Under the pieces are notes generated by a model. It was given only the letters and a program-made list of their open reading frames with translations, did not search any database and was not told the DNA's origin. Made by a program: the position numbers and the translations under genes. Shown here piece after piece: positions 38,387 to 48,398 of a stretch of DNA of 64,000 nt (positions within the stretch are counted from its first letter, which is position 1; each line of letters starts with the position of its first letter). The DNA is from Desulfosudaceae bacterium. GTDB lineage: Bacteria; Desulfobacterota; Desulfobacteria; Desulfobacterales; Desulfosudaceae. Location: the NCBI GenBank assembly GCA_963674745.2, contig CAXXDV010000001.1:2304001-2368000 (forward strand). Direction: 5' to 3'.

Positions 38387-39112
38387 ATGAACACGTTTAA
38401 AGATAACATGACTGGGAAAAAAATAAAAATCCGGATTGAAAAATACCGGAATTATACCTTCGGCTCATTGGTGCCCCTGGGCACCACTACCCTGGACAGG
38501 CTCATTGATATTTTTGAACATCCTTCGGCCCAAAAGACCAAACGCCTTGAAGGTCGGGCCGCGCCCCGATTCGCTGCTCTGCCCGAGTCCGGTCCGGTTG
38601 CGGTTAAATTTTTTAAACGTGGCGGTTGGCTGTCACGTTTTAACCGGGAACGATATTTGAGAACGTTTAAGACACGATCAAGAAAAGAGTTTGAATTTCT
38701 TTTTTTAGCGGCCGAAGCCGGTGTCCCGGTACCGGCTCCGGTGGCGTTTGCCAGTCGGGGCAGCCTGGTTTATAGAGCCTGGCTGATCACCGGCGCTATA
38801 AAAGAGGCCGTTCCCTTCGTACGACTCTGCCAGGACGAAAAAGACAAAGCCCTGGCACTGATGCCTGAAATTTCAAGTCATATCCGCGTTTTAATTCAAC
38901 AGGGCATTTTTCATGTGGACCTTCATCCCGGTAATATTATTGTCGGTAAAGATGATAAACCGTATATTATTGATTTTGACAAGGCCTGTCAGTGTTCTTT
39001 TACCGGACCAGAACTGGCTGCAAAATATCAGCGGCGGTGGATAAGAGCCGTTAGAAAATACAGCCTGCCGGATGTTTATGGGAATCTGGGTCTTACAGAG
39101 ATTGACAGCTAG
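38387..39112 (+). CDS. Kdo/WaaP (InaA) family LPS kinase, KdkA-like
   Basis: K.FKRGG, R..KEF, HVDLHPGNI and IIDFDK motifs. Confidence 0.85.
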   Translation: MNTFKDNMTGKKIKIRIEKYRNYTFGSLVPLGTTTLDRLIDIFEHPSAQKTKRLEGRAAPRFAALPESGPVAVKFFKRGGWLSRFNRERYLRTFKTRSRKEFEFLFLAAEAGVPVPAPVAFASRGSLVYRAWLITGAIKEAVPFVRLCQDEKDKALALMPEISSHIRVLIQQGIFHVDLHPGNIIVGKDDKPYIIDFDKACQCSFTGPELAAKYQRRWIRAVRKYSLPDVYGNLGLTEIDS

Positions 39113-39174
39113 GTCCGGCCTTGTTATAGCTGTGGGCAAAATAATTTTCCTATTTTTTTAAGGGATTAGATAAA

Positions 39175-40119
39175 TTGCGAGGCAAAATTTCCGGTTTTAT
39201 CGCAGGTATTCCATATCGCCATGTCGCGGCGTTGGGAAGCATCGTCGGCCTGCTGATTTATTTTGTGGATGCCAGGCACCGGCGGATCGTCCGCCGGAAC
39301 CTGTCTTTTGCCTATCCGGATTGGACAAAAGCGCAGATTAAAGAAATGTCCGGCCGGGTTTTTCGGAACCTGGGCACGACCCTGATGGAGATCTGCCAGA
39401 TAACCTGCCTTTCCGGGGACGACATCATCAAAAGAGTGAACATCAAAGGGGAAGAACATCTCCGGGAGGCCCTGGAATATCACAAAGGCGTGGTGCTGGT
39501 GTCCGCCCACCTCGGAAACTGGGAAGTGGTACCCCTGTTCTGGCCGCTGTATTTCAAAACGCCGGTTGCCTTTGTGGCCCGGGAGCTTGAGAACAGGATC
39601 GTTGACCGGTGGGTTTGCCGTCTCAGAAGCCGGTTCGGCGGTGAAGTGATTTATAAAGAAACGGCCATGCCGGAAATGATTCGCGCCTTACGCGCGGATA
39701 AGGCGCTGGCCATATTGATCGACCAGGGCACAAAAAGTTCGCTGGGTGTAAAGATAACGTTTTTCGATAAATTCGTAACCGCCACATCCGGTGCATCCCT
39801 GCTGGCCATGCGTTGTAAAAGCCCGGTACTGCCCGGTTTCTGTATAAGGAATGGTGACGGTACCTTTACCCTGCACCTGAAAAAGCCCATGTTTCTGAAA
39901 CGAAGCGGTGACCTTCGCGCGGATTTGAAGGAAAATACGCAGATCATGACCGGCCTCATCGAACAAATGGTGAGGCAATACCCGGAACAATGGTTCTGGG
40001 TGCACAAGCGCTGGAGGAAGTATTATCCGCATCTTTATCCGGAAGACATTGCCAGGCGTAAAGCCCGGCGGGCGAAAAAAAACAGAAAACGGGAACGCGA
40101 AAGAGCCGTCAATCCATAG
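39175..40119 (+). CDS. Lipid A late (lauroyl/myristoyl-type) acyltransferase, LpxL/HtrB family
   Basis: SAHLGNWE, L.DQ, FF and P.QWFWVHKRW motifs. Confidence 0.9.
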   Translation: MRGKISGFIAGIPYRHVAALGSIVGLLIYFVDARHRRIVRRNLSFAYPDWTKAQIKEMSGRVFRNLGTTLMEICQITCLSGDDIIKRVNIKGEEHLREALEYHKGVVLVSAHLGNWEVVPLFWPLYFKTPVAFVARELENRIVDRWVCRLRSRFGGEVIYKETAMPEMIRALRADKALAILIDQGTKSSLGVKITFFDKFVTATSGASLLAMRCKSPVLPGFCIRNGDGTFTLHLKKPMFLKRSGDLRADLKENTQIMTGLIEQMVRQYPEQWFWVHKRWRKYYPHLYPEDIARRKARRAKKNRKRERERAVNP

Positions 40120-40136
40120 TGCCGAGGTTCAGTTAA

Positions 40137-41096
40137 ATGCCGACGACCCTGAAGGACTTAACCATTGTGATCGTTAACTGGAATACCAGGGAGCTGCTAT
40201 GCAGTTGCCTGAATTCGGTATACGGTTGCATCAAAAATATCAGTTTCGAAGTGTTTGTGGTGGATAACGCCTCCTCAGACGGGAGTGCGGAAGCGGTCCG
40301 GCAACGTTTTCCGCAGGCGCAGCTGGTTGTCAACCAGAAGAACGAGGGGTTTGCCAGGGCCAATAACCAGGTCCTGCGCCGGGTCAATACGCGATACGCG
40401 CTGCTTCTTAACTCGGATACCGAAGTGCTTCCCGGCGCCATCGAAGCCCTGGTTGCCTTTATGGATCAGCATCCGGCCGCGGGCGTGGTCGCCCCGCAAT
40501 ATCTTAATTCCGATGGTTCAAAACAGAACTCCTTTGAAAATTTTCCGGGTTTGATTTCGGAGTTGCTGAATAAAAGCCTGCTGAAAATGATTTTTCCGCA
40601 AAAGTATCCCAGCAAGCGCAAGACCTATCTCGATCCGTTGCCGGTCGATTCGGTAATCGGGGCCTGCATGATGGTGCGGACGGAAGCCATGGAAAAAGTG
40701 GGCTGCCTGGATGAAGACTATTTTTTCTTTCTGGAAGAAACGGACTGGTGTTATCGCATGCGCCGGGCGGGTTATGGCGTTTATCATTTACCACAGGCAC
40801 GGATTTATCATATCCAGGGTGCCAGCAAAGAGAAAGTACCCGCCCTGGCCTGGATCGAATACTACCGGTCCAGTTATCTTTTTTTCAAGAAAAACAGAAG
40901 CGGTTTTTCCTGGTTGGTTTTTCGTATGTTCCGTCCCGTAAAGCTGGGGATTAATTTTTTTCTGGCGTCGCTGGCAGTACTGCTGACGTTGGGCCGACAT
41001 GCGCGATCAAGGCGCAAGTGGGGCATTTACTCCCGGCTTTGCCTGTGGCACATTAAACTGTGCCCGGATAACATGGGGTTGAGGGCAAAACAATAG
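40137..41096 (+). CDS. GT2 glycosyltransferase (WbbL-like)
   Basis: IVNWNT, VVDNASSDGS, LLLNSD, GACMM and EETDWC motifs. Confidence 0.92.
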   Translation: MPTTLKDLTIVIVNWNTRELLCSCLNSVYGCIKNISFEVFVVDNASSDGSAEAVRQRFPQAQLVVNQKNEGFARANNQVLRRVNTRYALLLNSDTEVLPGAIEALVAFMDQHPAAGVVAPQYLNSDGSKQNSFENFPGLISELLNKSLLKMIFPQKYPSKRKTYLDPLPVDSVIGACMMVRTEAMEKVGCLDEDYFFFLEETDWCYRMRRAGYGVYHLPQARIYHIQGASKEKVPALAWIEYYRSSYLFFKKNRSGFSWLVFRMFRPVKLGINFFLASLAVLLTLGRHARSRRKWGIYSRLCLWHIKLCPDNMGLRAKQ

Positions 41097-41107
41097 CCCG
41101 GGAATAA

Positions 41108-42286
41108 ATGTGTCAAAGCGCAGGTGACGGGTTGTCTGTTATGTTAAATCAAGACTCATACCCTTGTTGGGATGCTGCCAATTGTACCCTGTTAAAGGAG
41201 TCAAAACATAAACGGCTCCTGCGCGGTCCCGGTGATCCCAAAGCCCCGCATAAATTATTTTTGATTAAAATATATTTTTATCCGGGTCTCTGGCAGCGGT
41301 TAAAATATGTTTTCCGCCGGGGCCGGGCGCAGCAGGAAATGGCTCTGGCCGGGCGCATAAAAGCAAAAGGTATTCCGACAATTGTGCCCCGGCAGACGCG
41401 GGACATCAGAAAACGGGGGCTTTTGCATAAAAGCATTATCGTAACGGAATACCTGCCGGGATGTATGAACCTGGAGGAACTGCTCATCAAACAGCAACTT
41501 TCCGACTGGCATTTGAAACGAAAAGTACTGAATGAATATGGCCGGCTGGCGCGAAGGATTCATGATCAGGGGATCTTTCAGGATGATTTCGATCCGAATA
41601 ATATTTTGTATCAGCCCAAACCGGACGGGACATTCCAGTTGTATTTTATTGATCTTGAGAAAACCCGGCTGGTTGAAACCATCGACGCAAAGCAAAGAAT
41701 CCATATCCTGGCCAAACTGAATCGTATGGGACAGCGGCTGGGCGCTACCGACCAGATGCGCTTTCTGGCGGCCTATCTGGGGCCGCAGACGGGCAGGCGG
41801 GAAAGAAAGCAATGGGCGAGGTGCATCAAGCGTGAAGAAAAGCGCGTGCGGTTAACTGATCGGCGCAGGGCCTGGAGAAAAAGCACGTCTGTCGGTAAAA
41901 AAATCGGCTTTATCCGGCACGACGGTTATCAGGGATATTATCGGAAAAGGCACCATTCACGGGAATGCTATACCAGCGCCGATATCATCGGTCTTGTTCA
42001 GGCCATTGAAGATAATATCCCGAAACAATCAGTCCCGGTTGGCCGGTCTATTACCGTCACCGCGCGACTGCATGACACAGAATCGTCATTCCGGGTTTTG
42101 CCTTTTGAGTATGGCGGTTTTTTTCATTGCCTGCCCGGCACGAGAAATAAAACGCCGCTTATTAACGCCTGGCGGGAAGATAACGGCTGTCTTAAAAACA
42201 GGTCCGCCGATTTCATGCCGGTGGCGGCCGTGGGAAAAAGAATCGCCTGGAACCGTTATCACGGCTACCTGATCCGTCAGATTTGA
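41108..42286 (+). CDS. Kdo/WaaP family LPS kinase-like protein
   Basis: LIKIY, RA.QE, HDQGIFQDDFDPNNIL, FIDLE and DQMRFL.AY motifs. Confidence 0.8.
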   Translation: MCQSAGDGLSVMLNQDSYPCWDAANCTLLKESKHKRLLRGPGDPKAPHKLFLIKIYFYPGLWQRLKYVFRRGRAQQEMALAGRIKAKGIPTIVPRQTRDIRKRGLLHKSIIVTEYLPGCMNLEELLIKQQLSDWHLKRKVLNEYGRLARRIHDQGIFQDDFDPNNILYQPKPDGTFQLYFIDLEKTRLVETIDAKQRIHILAKLNRMGQRLGATDQMRFLAAYLGPQTGRRERKQWARCIKREEKRVRLTDRRRAWRKSTSVGKKIGFIRHDGYQGYYRKRHHSRECYTSADIIGLVQAIEDNIPKQSVPVGRSITVTARLHDTESSFRVLPFEYGGFFHCLPGTRNKTPLINAWREDNGCLKNRSADFMPVAAVGKRIAWNRYHGYLIRQI

Positions 42287-42289
42287 GTT

Positions 42290-43084
42290 GTGGAGAAATC
42301 AATGGAAATTTCAGCTATCATAATGACCTATAATGAAGAACAGAATATCCGCCGTTGCCTGGTGTCCTTGCGGGACATCGTTGATGAAATCGTGGTGGTC
42401 GACTCCTATTCAACCGATAAGACCGAACAAATCTGTCGGGAAATGGGCGTGATTTTTATGCAGCATAAATTTGAAGGATATATCGAACAGGAGAGTTACG
42501 CCCTCGGTAAAACGCGTTATGATTTTGTCCTGTCTCTTGATGCGGATGAAGCACTATCCGATAAACTCCGGGAATCTGTTCTGGCTGTCAAGAACGACTG
42601 GGGCAGTGACGGCTACGCCTTTAACCGGCTGACCAATTACTGTGGAAAATGGATCCGGCACTGCGGCTGGTATCCCGACATAAAAATACGGCTGTGGGAC
42701 AAGCGAAAAGGGGGCTGGGGAGGGGTCAACCCTCATCCCCGGGTGATTATGCACGAGGGGACCACTGTCAAGCACCTGGAAGGAGATTTGCTTCATTACT
42801 CCTATTACAGTGTCCGGCAGCAGGTGGAACAGATCAACAGCTTTTCCGATCTGGCTGCCCGGGCGGCTGATGACAAAGGGAAAAGGTCTTTTTTTATAAA
42901 AGACATTCTGCTTAATCCCGTGTTTACCTTTATCAAAATGTATATCCTGCAGAGGGGGTTTCTGGACGGTTATTTCGGTTTTGTGATTTGTGCCAATTCC
43001 AGTTATGGAAAGTTTTTGAAGTATATCAAGCTGCGGGAAATACGGATGCAGAAAAGCAACGCATTACCTGATCAGCCGGAGTAA
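42290..43084 (+). CDS. GT2 LPS core glucosyltransferase (WaaE/KdtX/LgtF-like)
   Basis: TYNEE.NI, VDSYSTD.T, LSLDADE, GWYPD..IRL and GFLDG motifs. Confidence 0.9.
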   Translation: MEKSMEISAIIMTYNEEQNIRRCLVSLRDIVDEIVVVDSYSTDKTEQICREMGVIFMQHKFEGYIEQESYALGKTRYDFVLSLDADEALSDKLRESVLAVKNDWGSDGYAFNRLTNYCGKWIRHCGWYPDIKIRLWDKRKGGWGGVNPHPRVIMHEGTTVKHLEGDLLHYSYYSVRQQVEQINSFSDLAARAADDKGKRSFFIKDILLNPVFTFIKMYILQRGFLDGYFGFVICANSSYGKFLKYIKLREIRMQKSNALPDQPE

Positions 43085-43123
43085 ATGAATTGCATCGCTT
43101 TCTGTGCGAACGAAGTCCCTGGA

Positions 43124-43296
43124 AGGGGCCAAGGGTTCAAGGATTCAAGGGGTCAAGTAAACGGCTGCAAATTTAAATCTTATGCGTCTCTGAATGTTCG
43201 GTCTATGGGGCAATGCCTGGATATTATAGGCAGACTGTTCAATTCCCTTGGCCCCTTGGCCCCTTGGCCCCTCGACCCCTTGAATCCTTGAACCCT
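43124..43296. mobile_element. Inverted octamer-repeat element enclosing an ~85-bp core (MITE-like relic)
   Basis: Left arm gccaaggg ttcaagga ttcaaggg gtcaag is complementary to right arm (cccttggc)x3 ccctcgac cccttgaa tccttgaa ccct. Confidence 0.7.
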
Positions 43297-43318
43297 GCTA
43301 AATGTTGCACAGCGGGTA

Positions 43319-44512
43319 TTAATCAGGAGCTTCCGACTTCTGAGCGGCAATACCGGCCGTCAGGGCCAGCGGCAGCCAGAAAAAGAACCAGAACGGACCG
43401 GGGTGGGTAATCACTTTATCCTGGTCGATGAGAATATTACCGGCGCCGAACAGAATCAATGCCAACAGGATGATATCCCCGGTCAGGAAATAGTGGCGCA
43501 GGCTCTCCCTGAAGGCCATGGCCAGCAGAAGCAGAAAAATAAAAAGGGCCGCCAGACCGCCGTACAGGACCATCCCCAGATAGACATTGTGCGGGTGGTA
43601 TAACAAGAAACCGTCGTTTGCCCTTATCTGCTGATCGGTGGTTATGCCTTTGCCGAAGAACACATCCCCTTTGATCATATTGATCGTTTTCTCGGCCAGT
43701 TCGATGCGATAACTCAGCCCCCGCTGGGTCACCGCTTTTTGGATCGAATCGTTTTTTGTGAAAAGGGTTGCACCGAGAATAATGATACAGGCCAGAACGA
43801 TCAGCAGCTTGAAATCCCGTGTCAGCAGGCCGCCGACAATAAACGTGATCAGCAAAATCCCGAGCGGTCCGCGGCTTTGCGTCAGTACAACCGAACCGGC
43901 GACGATCGCCGCCATCATACCGTATAACCACCGGCGTTTACGGTCGGGGGTTTTTTTCATGATATAAAAATATATGATCAGTACGATCATGCCGTAAATG
44001 ATCCCACCGAAAACGGCATTATGAAGCTGGTCTGCGATGTATTCCAGCCGGGCAGCGGGGAAAGGAGCGGCGTGATAAAAATAGAGCATGGAAGCCACCG
44101 CTGTCGCCGTGCCGATCCAGGCCAGAAAAGAGAACAGTTTTTCAACAAACCGGGGACCGGTTAACGACAGTTCCATGGTCAGGCTGAAGAAGACAAACAG
44201 ATAAACCACCTTGCGGATATAATAGGTGGCGCTTTTGTCCCCGGTGTTTTTTTCCCACAGGATGGTCAGCACGAGGTAAACCAGGAGGGCCATGGTGACC
44301 AGCCAGATCCTTGAACCCAGAAAAAACCGGATTTTGGTTTTGTTCAGTGAAAGCAAATAGACCGGAATGATAAGTCCGTAGAACAGGTTGCAATGCAGGC
44401 GGAGATTGGGGGAAACGAAAAAAATCAGCACAAAGAGAAAGTACAGTTTAAGATTAATCTGCTTGTCTTCAACAAAAGCCAGGATGTTTGTCCGTAAGTT
44501 CGCAACGTTCAT
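43319..44512 (-). CDS. waaL: O-antigen ligase family protein
   Basis: About 12 TM segments; TQSRG, R...., G.G and HPHNVYL motifs; inside the LPS cluster. Confidence 0.85.
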   Translation of the reverse strand: MNVANLRTNILAFVEDKQINLKLYFLFVLIFFVSPNLRLHCNLFYGLIIPVYLLSLNKTKIRFFLGSRIWLVTMALLVYLVLTILWEKNTGDKSATYYIRKVVYLFVFFSLTMELSLTGPRFVEKLFSFLAWIGTATAVASMLYFYHAAPFPAARLEYIADQLHNAVFGGIIYGMIVLIIYFYIMKKTPDRKRRWLYGMMAAIVAGSVVLTQSRGPLGILLITFIVGGLLTRDFKLLIVLACIIILGATLFTKNDSIQKAVTQRGLSYRIELAEKTINMIKGDVFFGKGITTDQQIRANDGFLLYHPHNVYLGMVLYGGLAALFIFLLLLAMAFRESLRHYFLTGDIILLALILFGAGNILIDQDKVITHPGPFWFFFWLPLALTAGIAAQKSEAPD

Positions 44513-44547
44513 GTCGGTCGACTTATCCGGTTTAAAGGGTTGATTTT

Positions 44548-46050
44548 TTAAGGCGCCAGCTTCGCAAGATCAAGGCCGAAAGGCAAGGTGTTTTTCTCCC
44601 TGGTGACGGCCCATATTTTTCGATATGCCTGACGCCGTACCGCTCTGGATGGCAGTTCCTCCCGGCAATAATAATGAAAAAAACGCAACCGGTCTTTTAA
44701 GGTCAGGTGACTGCTGATGGATGCGTTCAGTTGGGCCAGGTTGATCAGTTTTTTGGGCCATGGCAGGTGGCGACGGATTTTGACGCCATCCAGATCGACC
44801 ATCATGAATTGATTGTCCAGGGCCAGCACATTGCTGGATTTGAAATCACGCTGCCAAATGTTCAGGTCGTGACAGGCGCGAAGCCAGGCGGCAAACGCCC
44901 GTATGGCGGCTTTTTTCCCCGTACGGCTCATATCCGAAGAAAGGTAATCGTTGAGTGGCAGACTGTCGCTGTAATATGATGCCAGAAAATAAGTCATACC
45001 ACCCGCGTCAAAGTAAGCCAGGGCGGCAGGGACGTTTATGCCTCTGACCGCCAGCATTCTGGCCATCTTCCAGCCGGCCAGCGAACGATCCTTGTGGAAA
45101 AGTCTTTTGTTGTGAATTTTAATGCAAACGTTTTGATAAACCATCAGCTTATCGTCTTTGATCAGGTGCCCCCGGTCCAGAGCGTTCTGCAGTTCCTGTT
45201 TACCCCACTTGAAATCCCTTCGTTTAAACCCTTTTAACCCCTGGCCATTTCTGATGACTTGAAATTCGGTGCTGTTTTTCATGCATCTTGCCGCGCGGGA
45301 GCGATAATGCCGTTGCTGCCGGCGGTCAACGATAGCCGCTACTTTACCTGAATCAACAGGTTCTTCCTGGCTCTGATTGTAGACATTTAAGAATTCCTTC
45401 AGGGCCACCGGGCATTGCGTCCGGCAATGAAGGTGCCACCAGAATTGTGCCAGGTTGGAAATTTTCAGTTTTCGGGGCAGCCGGGGAAGAAAATACGTTT
45501 CCTGGACATCGAGTAATACCGGCTGATCATTCCGGTCCAGAAGCAGGTTCCCGGGATGGAGATCCCGGTGATAAATCCCCCTGTCATGTAAAACGGCCAG
45601 GTGGCCGGCCAGTTTAAGCACCTGTTCACGGCTTTTGCAGTCGATTTCCGAGCCCTGAACTGCCTCTGTGACAAGAAAAAATCCTTGCCCCGGGAATCTG
45701 CCCTTATAGCCGAATAAAACACGCTTTGGCGCCGGAATGGATTTTTGCGCCAGCCGGGATAAATTTCGCCATTCCGTTGTCATGCGCCAGGGAAGCAGTA
45801 AAAAACGCAAGCGGTCTTTTTTTCGGCGCAACGGACTGAGTTTAAGAAAAAAAGTGCCGGCGTCGGTTTTAACGGCATACACCTCCCGGCGAAACCGGTC
45901 GGAAACAATAAAGAATCGCTCGACATTATCCGTCAACCAGTTGATTTTAAAATGGGCGTATGCCGGGTCCCGGACAATCCGGCAGGCATTAATAAAATCG
46001 TATAAACGGGAGGCGGAAGAACGGTCAACCGGTTCAGGATTCTGATTCAT
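44548..46050 (-). CDS. LPS kinase with two tandem Kdo/WaaP-type domains
   Basis: HDRGIYHRDLHPGNLL...LLD in the N-half; HDLNIWQRDFKSSNVL...VDLD in the C-half. Confidence 0.85.
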   Translation of the reverse strand: MNQNPEPVDRSSASRLYDFINACRIVRDPAYAHFKINWLTDNVERFFIVSDRFRREVYAVKTDAGTFFLKLSPLRRKKDRLRFLLLPWRMTTEWRNLSRLAQKSIPAPKRVLFGYKGRFPGQGFFLVTEAVQGSEIDCKSREQVLKLAGHLAVLHDRGIYHRDLHPGNLLLDRNDQPVLLDVQETYFLPRLPRKLKISNLAQFWWHLHCRTQCPVALKEFLNVYNQSQEEPVDSGKVAAIVDRRQQRHYRSRAARCMKNSTEFQVIRNGQGLKGFKRRDFKWGKQELQNALDRGHLIKDDKLMVYQNVCIKIHNKRLFHKDRSLAGWKMARMLAVRGINVPAALAYFDAGGMTYFLASYYSDSLPLNDYLSSDMSRTGKKAAIRAFAAWLRACHDLNIWQRDFKSSNVLALDNQFMMVDLDGVKIRRHLPWPKKLINLAQLNASISSHLTLKDRLRFFHYYCREELPSRAVRRQAYRKIWAVTREKNTLPFGLDLAKLAP

Positions 46051-46257
46051 ATATTTATTTCATAAAAAATATTGGCAGTTGGTGGCAGGTCACCTGCTCC
46101 CGTTCGGTTTTTTTGCAGCCGAACGGAATTTTGTGTAATAAATCAAAAGGTTTTTCTCGGTGATGGCCATTCTTCATTTTTATCCCTTTTATCATAAAAC
46201 AAATTGAATTGGCAACAAACAAGGACGCTTACAGCCCGGCTAGCGGGATTTGAATGG

Positions 46258-46287
46258 TTGACACCTCTTTTTAAGCGCTGTTATATT
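46258..46287 (+). promoter_or_regulatory. Sigma-70 promoter for the sulfotransferase-GT-waaF operon
   Basis: TTGACA-N18-TATATT with an extended -10 TG. Confidence 0.55.
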
Positions 46288-46319
46288 AGCCATCTGATTT
46301 ATAGACGAAAGGATAGAGT

Positions 46320-47156
46320 ATGTTGCTGAAAAACCTGCAACGCAAGCTGCGTCTGGTACGCCAGTACGCGGTTTCCAAAGCGCGCGCGCCACAGTACCAT
46401 GATGTTTTCGAAGGCGTTGAAACATACTGCATGTTTATCGGGTATCCCCGAAGCGGACACACCCTGGTCGGGTCGCTGCTGGACGCGCACCCGGAGGTTG
46501 TGGTGGGCAACGAACTCAATACCATTCGATACGTACGGTACCATTTTCGCCGGGACCAGATCTACTGGCTGCTGCTTGAAAATACCCGCCATTTTTCCCA
46601 AAAGGGACGCTGGCATACGGATTATCTTTATGCCGTTCCCGATCAGTGGCAGGGGCGCTACAAACGGCTGCGGGTGATCGGCGATAAACGGGGCAGCGGA
46701 TCAGTCAAGAAGATTTACGCCAATCCCCGGCTTTACCGGCGCCTGGTTGACATGGTGGGGGTGCCGATCCGTGTGATTCATGTCGTCCGCAATCCCTTTG
46801 ATAATATCAGTACCATTTTTCTCAAAGGCCGGAGCAAGAATTTTCAGGAAAGTATCGACTATTACTTCTTTCTGGCAGAAGAAGTGAGCAAGCTCAAACA
46901 GGTCATCGGCGAGGGCAACATACTGGAAATTCACCATGAGGATTTGATTCGTGATGTCCCCTCCCACCTTCAGAAGTTGACCGCCTTTGTCGGTGTAGAG
47001 GCAACGCCGGATTACCTGGAGGCCTGCAGCAGCATTGTCTTTTCCAGGCCCCATCAGACGCGCAATGACGGACCTTGGACCGAGGCGTTGATCAAAGAGG
47101 TCAGTGAGCGAATGCAGCAGTATCCTTTTTTAGCGGCCTATTCTTTTAATAACTGA
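46320..47156 (+). CDS. Sulfotransferase family protein
   Basis: 5'-PSB-like GYPRSGHTL...LDAHP, 3'-PB-like HVVRNPFD..S, HEDL. Confidence 0.85.
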   Translation: MLLKNLQRKLRLVRQYAVSKARAPQYHDVFEGVETYCMFIGYPRSGHTLVGSLLDAHPEVVVGNELNTIRYVRYHFRRDQIYWLLLENTRHFSQKGRWHTDYLYAVPDQWQGRYKRLRVIGDKRGSGSVKKIYANPRLYRRLVDMVGVPIRVIHVVRNPFDNISTIFLKGRSKNFQESIDYYFFLAEEVSKLKQVIGEGNILEIHHEDLIRDVPSHLQKLTAFVGVEATPDYLEACSSIVFSRPHQTRNDGPWTEALIKEVSERMQQYPFLAAYSFNN

Positions 47157-47189
47157 TCACATCAAAGCGGTTTTTACTGGCTGTAAACT

Positions 47190-48329
47190 ATGAAGATTAT
47201 ACATCTTCTCAGCAACTGGAAGTGGACGGAACGTTCAGAGCTGGTCGTCGAACTGGCGTTATCACAGCGCCGGCTGGGGCATCAGGTCTGGCTTGTTTGC
47301 GGGCAGCCGTCACCGGAAGATGGTGAGGTCCTGGATGTGTCGTTTCATGCCGGACAAAAAGGGCTTGAAAATATAATTGTTTTACCTGAAATGAGCAAAC
47401 ACATCCGGATTTTTTCCCTGCTCCGGGGCAGCCGGAGGCTTCGGGGTGTCTTTGATCGTATCGGGCCGGATGTCGTTCATTGCCATATGCGCAACGCCCA
47501 CCTGCTGGCCGGCCTGGCCCGCAGGAAAAGCATGAACCCGCTCTGGATACGAAGTGTCTATAATCCCGAACAGGTGGCCCGGGATTATCGTTCCCGCTGG
47601 TGTTATCGCAATTGTACCCGGGGGATCATCGTGGTCAGTGAGAAGGTCCGTCAATCGGTTTTATGCCGGAGATTCCCGGTCGAGAACGTCATTGTTTTAC
47701 AACCGGGTATCGATCTGGAACGGTTTTCACCGGAAAGGGAATTGGCCGATCAGACCCTTTATTTTGAGCTTCCTGATGATGCCTTTGTGGTCGGGGTGGT
47801 CAGCCGGATACGGCCGACGCGTCGTCTGGATATCCCCTTGCATGTCATTCAACGGTTGAAAGATCAGTACCCCCGGTTAAGACTGCTTCTGGTGGGCCGG
47901 GGGCGTCCCGGCGCGTTTGAAAGGGTCATTGAAAGACCGGCAGCCGAACTTGGCATCCGGGGCAGAATTATCCAGGCAGGATACTGTATGGGGGATGATC
48001 TGGTGGCCGCCTATCGTCGCATGCAGGTTCTGCTGTATCCCATCCCGGGGACCGACAAAACCTGTCGGACGGTCAGAGAGGCCCTGGCTGCCGGTGTTCC
48101 GGTGATTGCGCCGGACATGGAATTTCTGCCGGAGTTGATTGAAAACGGGCAAAACGGATATCTGGTCGATCAATCCCCGCAGGGATTTGCTTCGGCCCTG
48201 GCAGAACTGATGGATTCCCCGGAGACGCTGGACAATATTTCCCGCCAGGCACTTTCCTCGGCCAGGGAGCGGTTTAACTGGGGGGCGCTTGCGGAAAAAA
48301 GCCTTAAATTTTATGAAAGACTTATCTGA
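47190..48329 (+). CDS. GT4 glycosyltransferase
   Basis: GH.V, PDVVHCH, PGIDLERF, EALAAGVPVI and ENG.NGYL motifs. Confidence 0.9.
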   Translation: MKIIHLLSNWKWTERSELVVELALSQRRLGHQVWLVCGQPSPEDGEVLDVSFHAGQKGLENIIVLPEMSKHIRIFSLLRGSRRLRGVFDRIGPDVVHCHMRNAHLLAGLARRKSMNPLWIRSVYNPEQVARDYRSRWCYRNCTRGIIVVSEKVRQSVLCRRFPVENVIVLQPGIDLERFSPERELADQTLYFELPDDAFVVGVVSRIRPTRRLDIPLHVIQRLKDQYPRLRLLLVGRGRPGAFERVIERPAAELGIRGRIIQAGYCMGDDLVAAYRRMQVLLYPIPGTDKTCRTVREALAAGVPVIAPDMEFLPELIENGQNGYLVDQSPQGFASALAELMDSPETLDNISRQALSSARERFNWGALAEKSLKFYERLI

Positions 48330-48398
48330 CGGTGAACATGGCTGTTTTTTTGATCCCTCTGCCGGACAGGTGGCGGGAACGGATCCGATGGGGGTGTA

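Noticed and set aside
43245..43296. Octamer arrays as a CRISPR array
   Set aside because: Units are 8 bp and contiguous, with no unique spacers and no cas genes in the window
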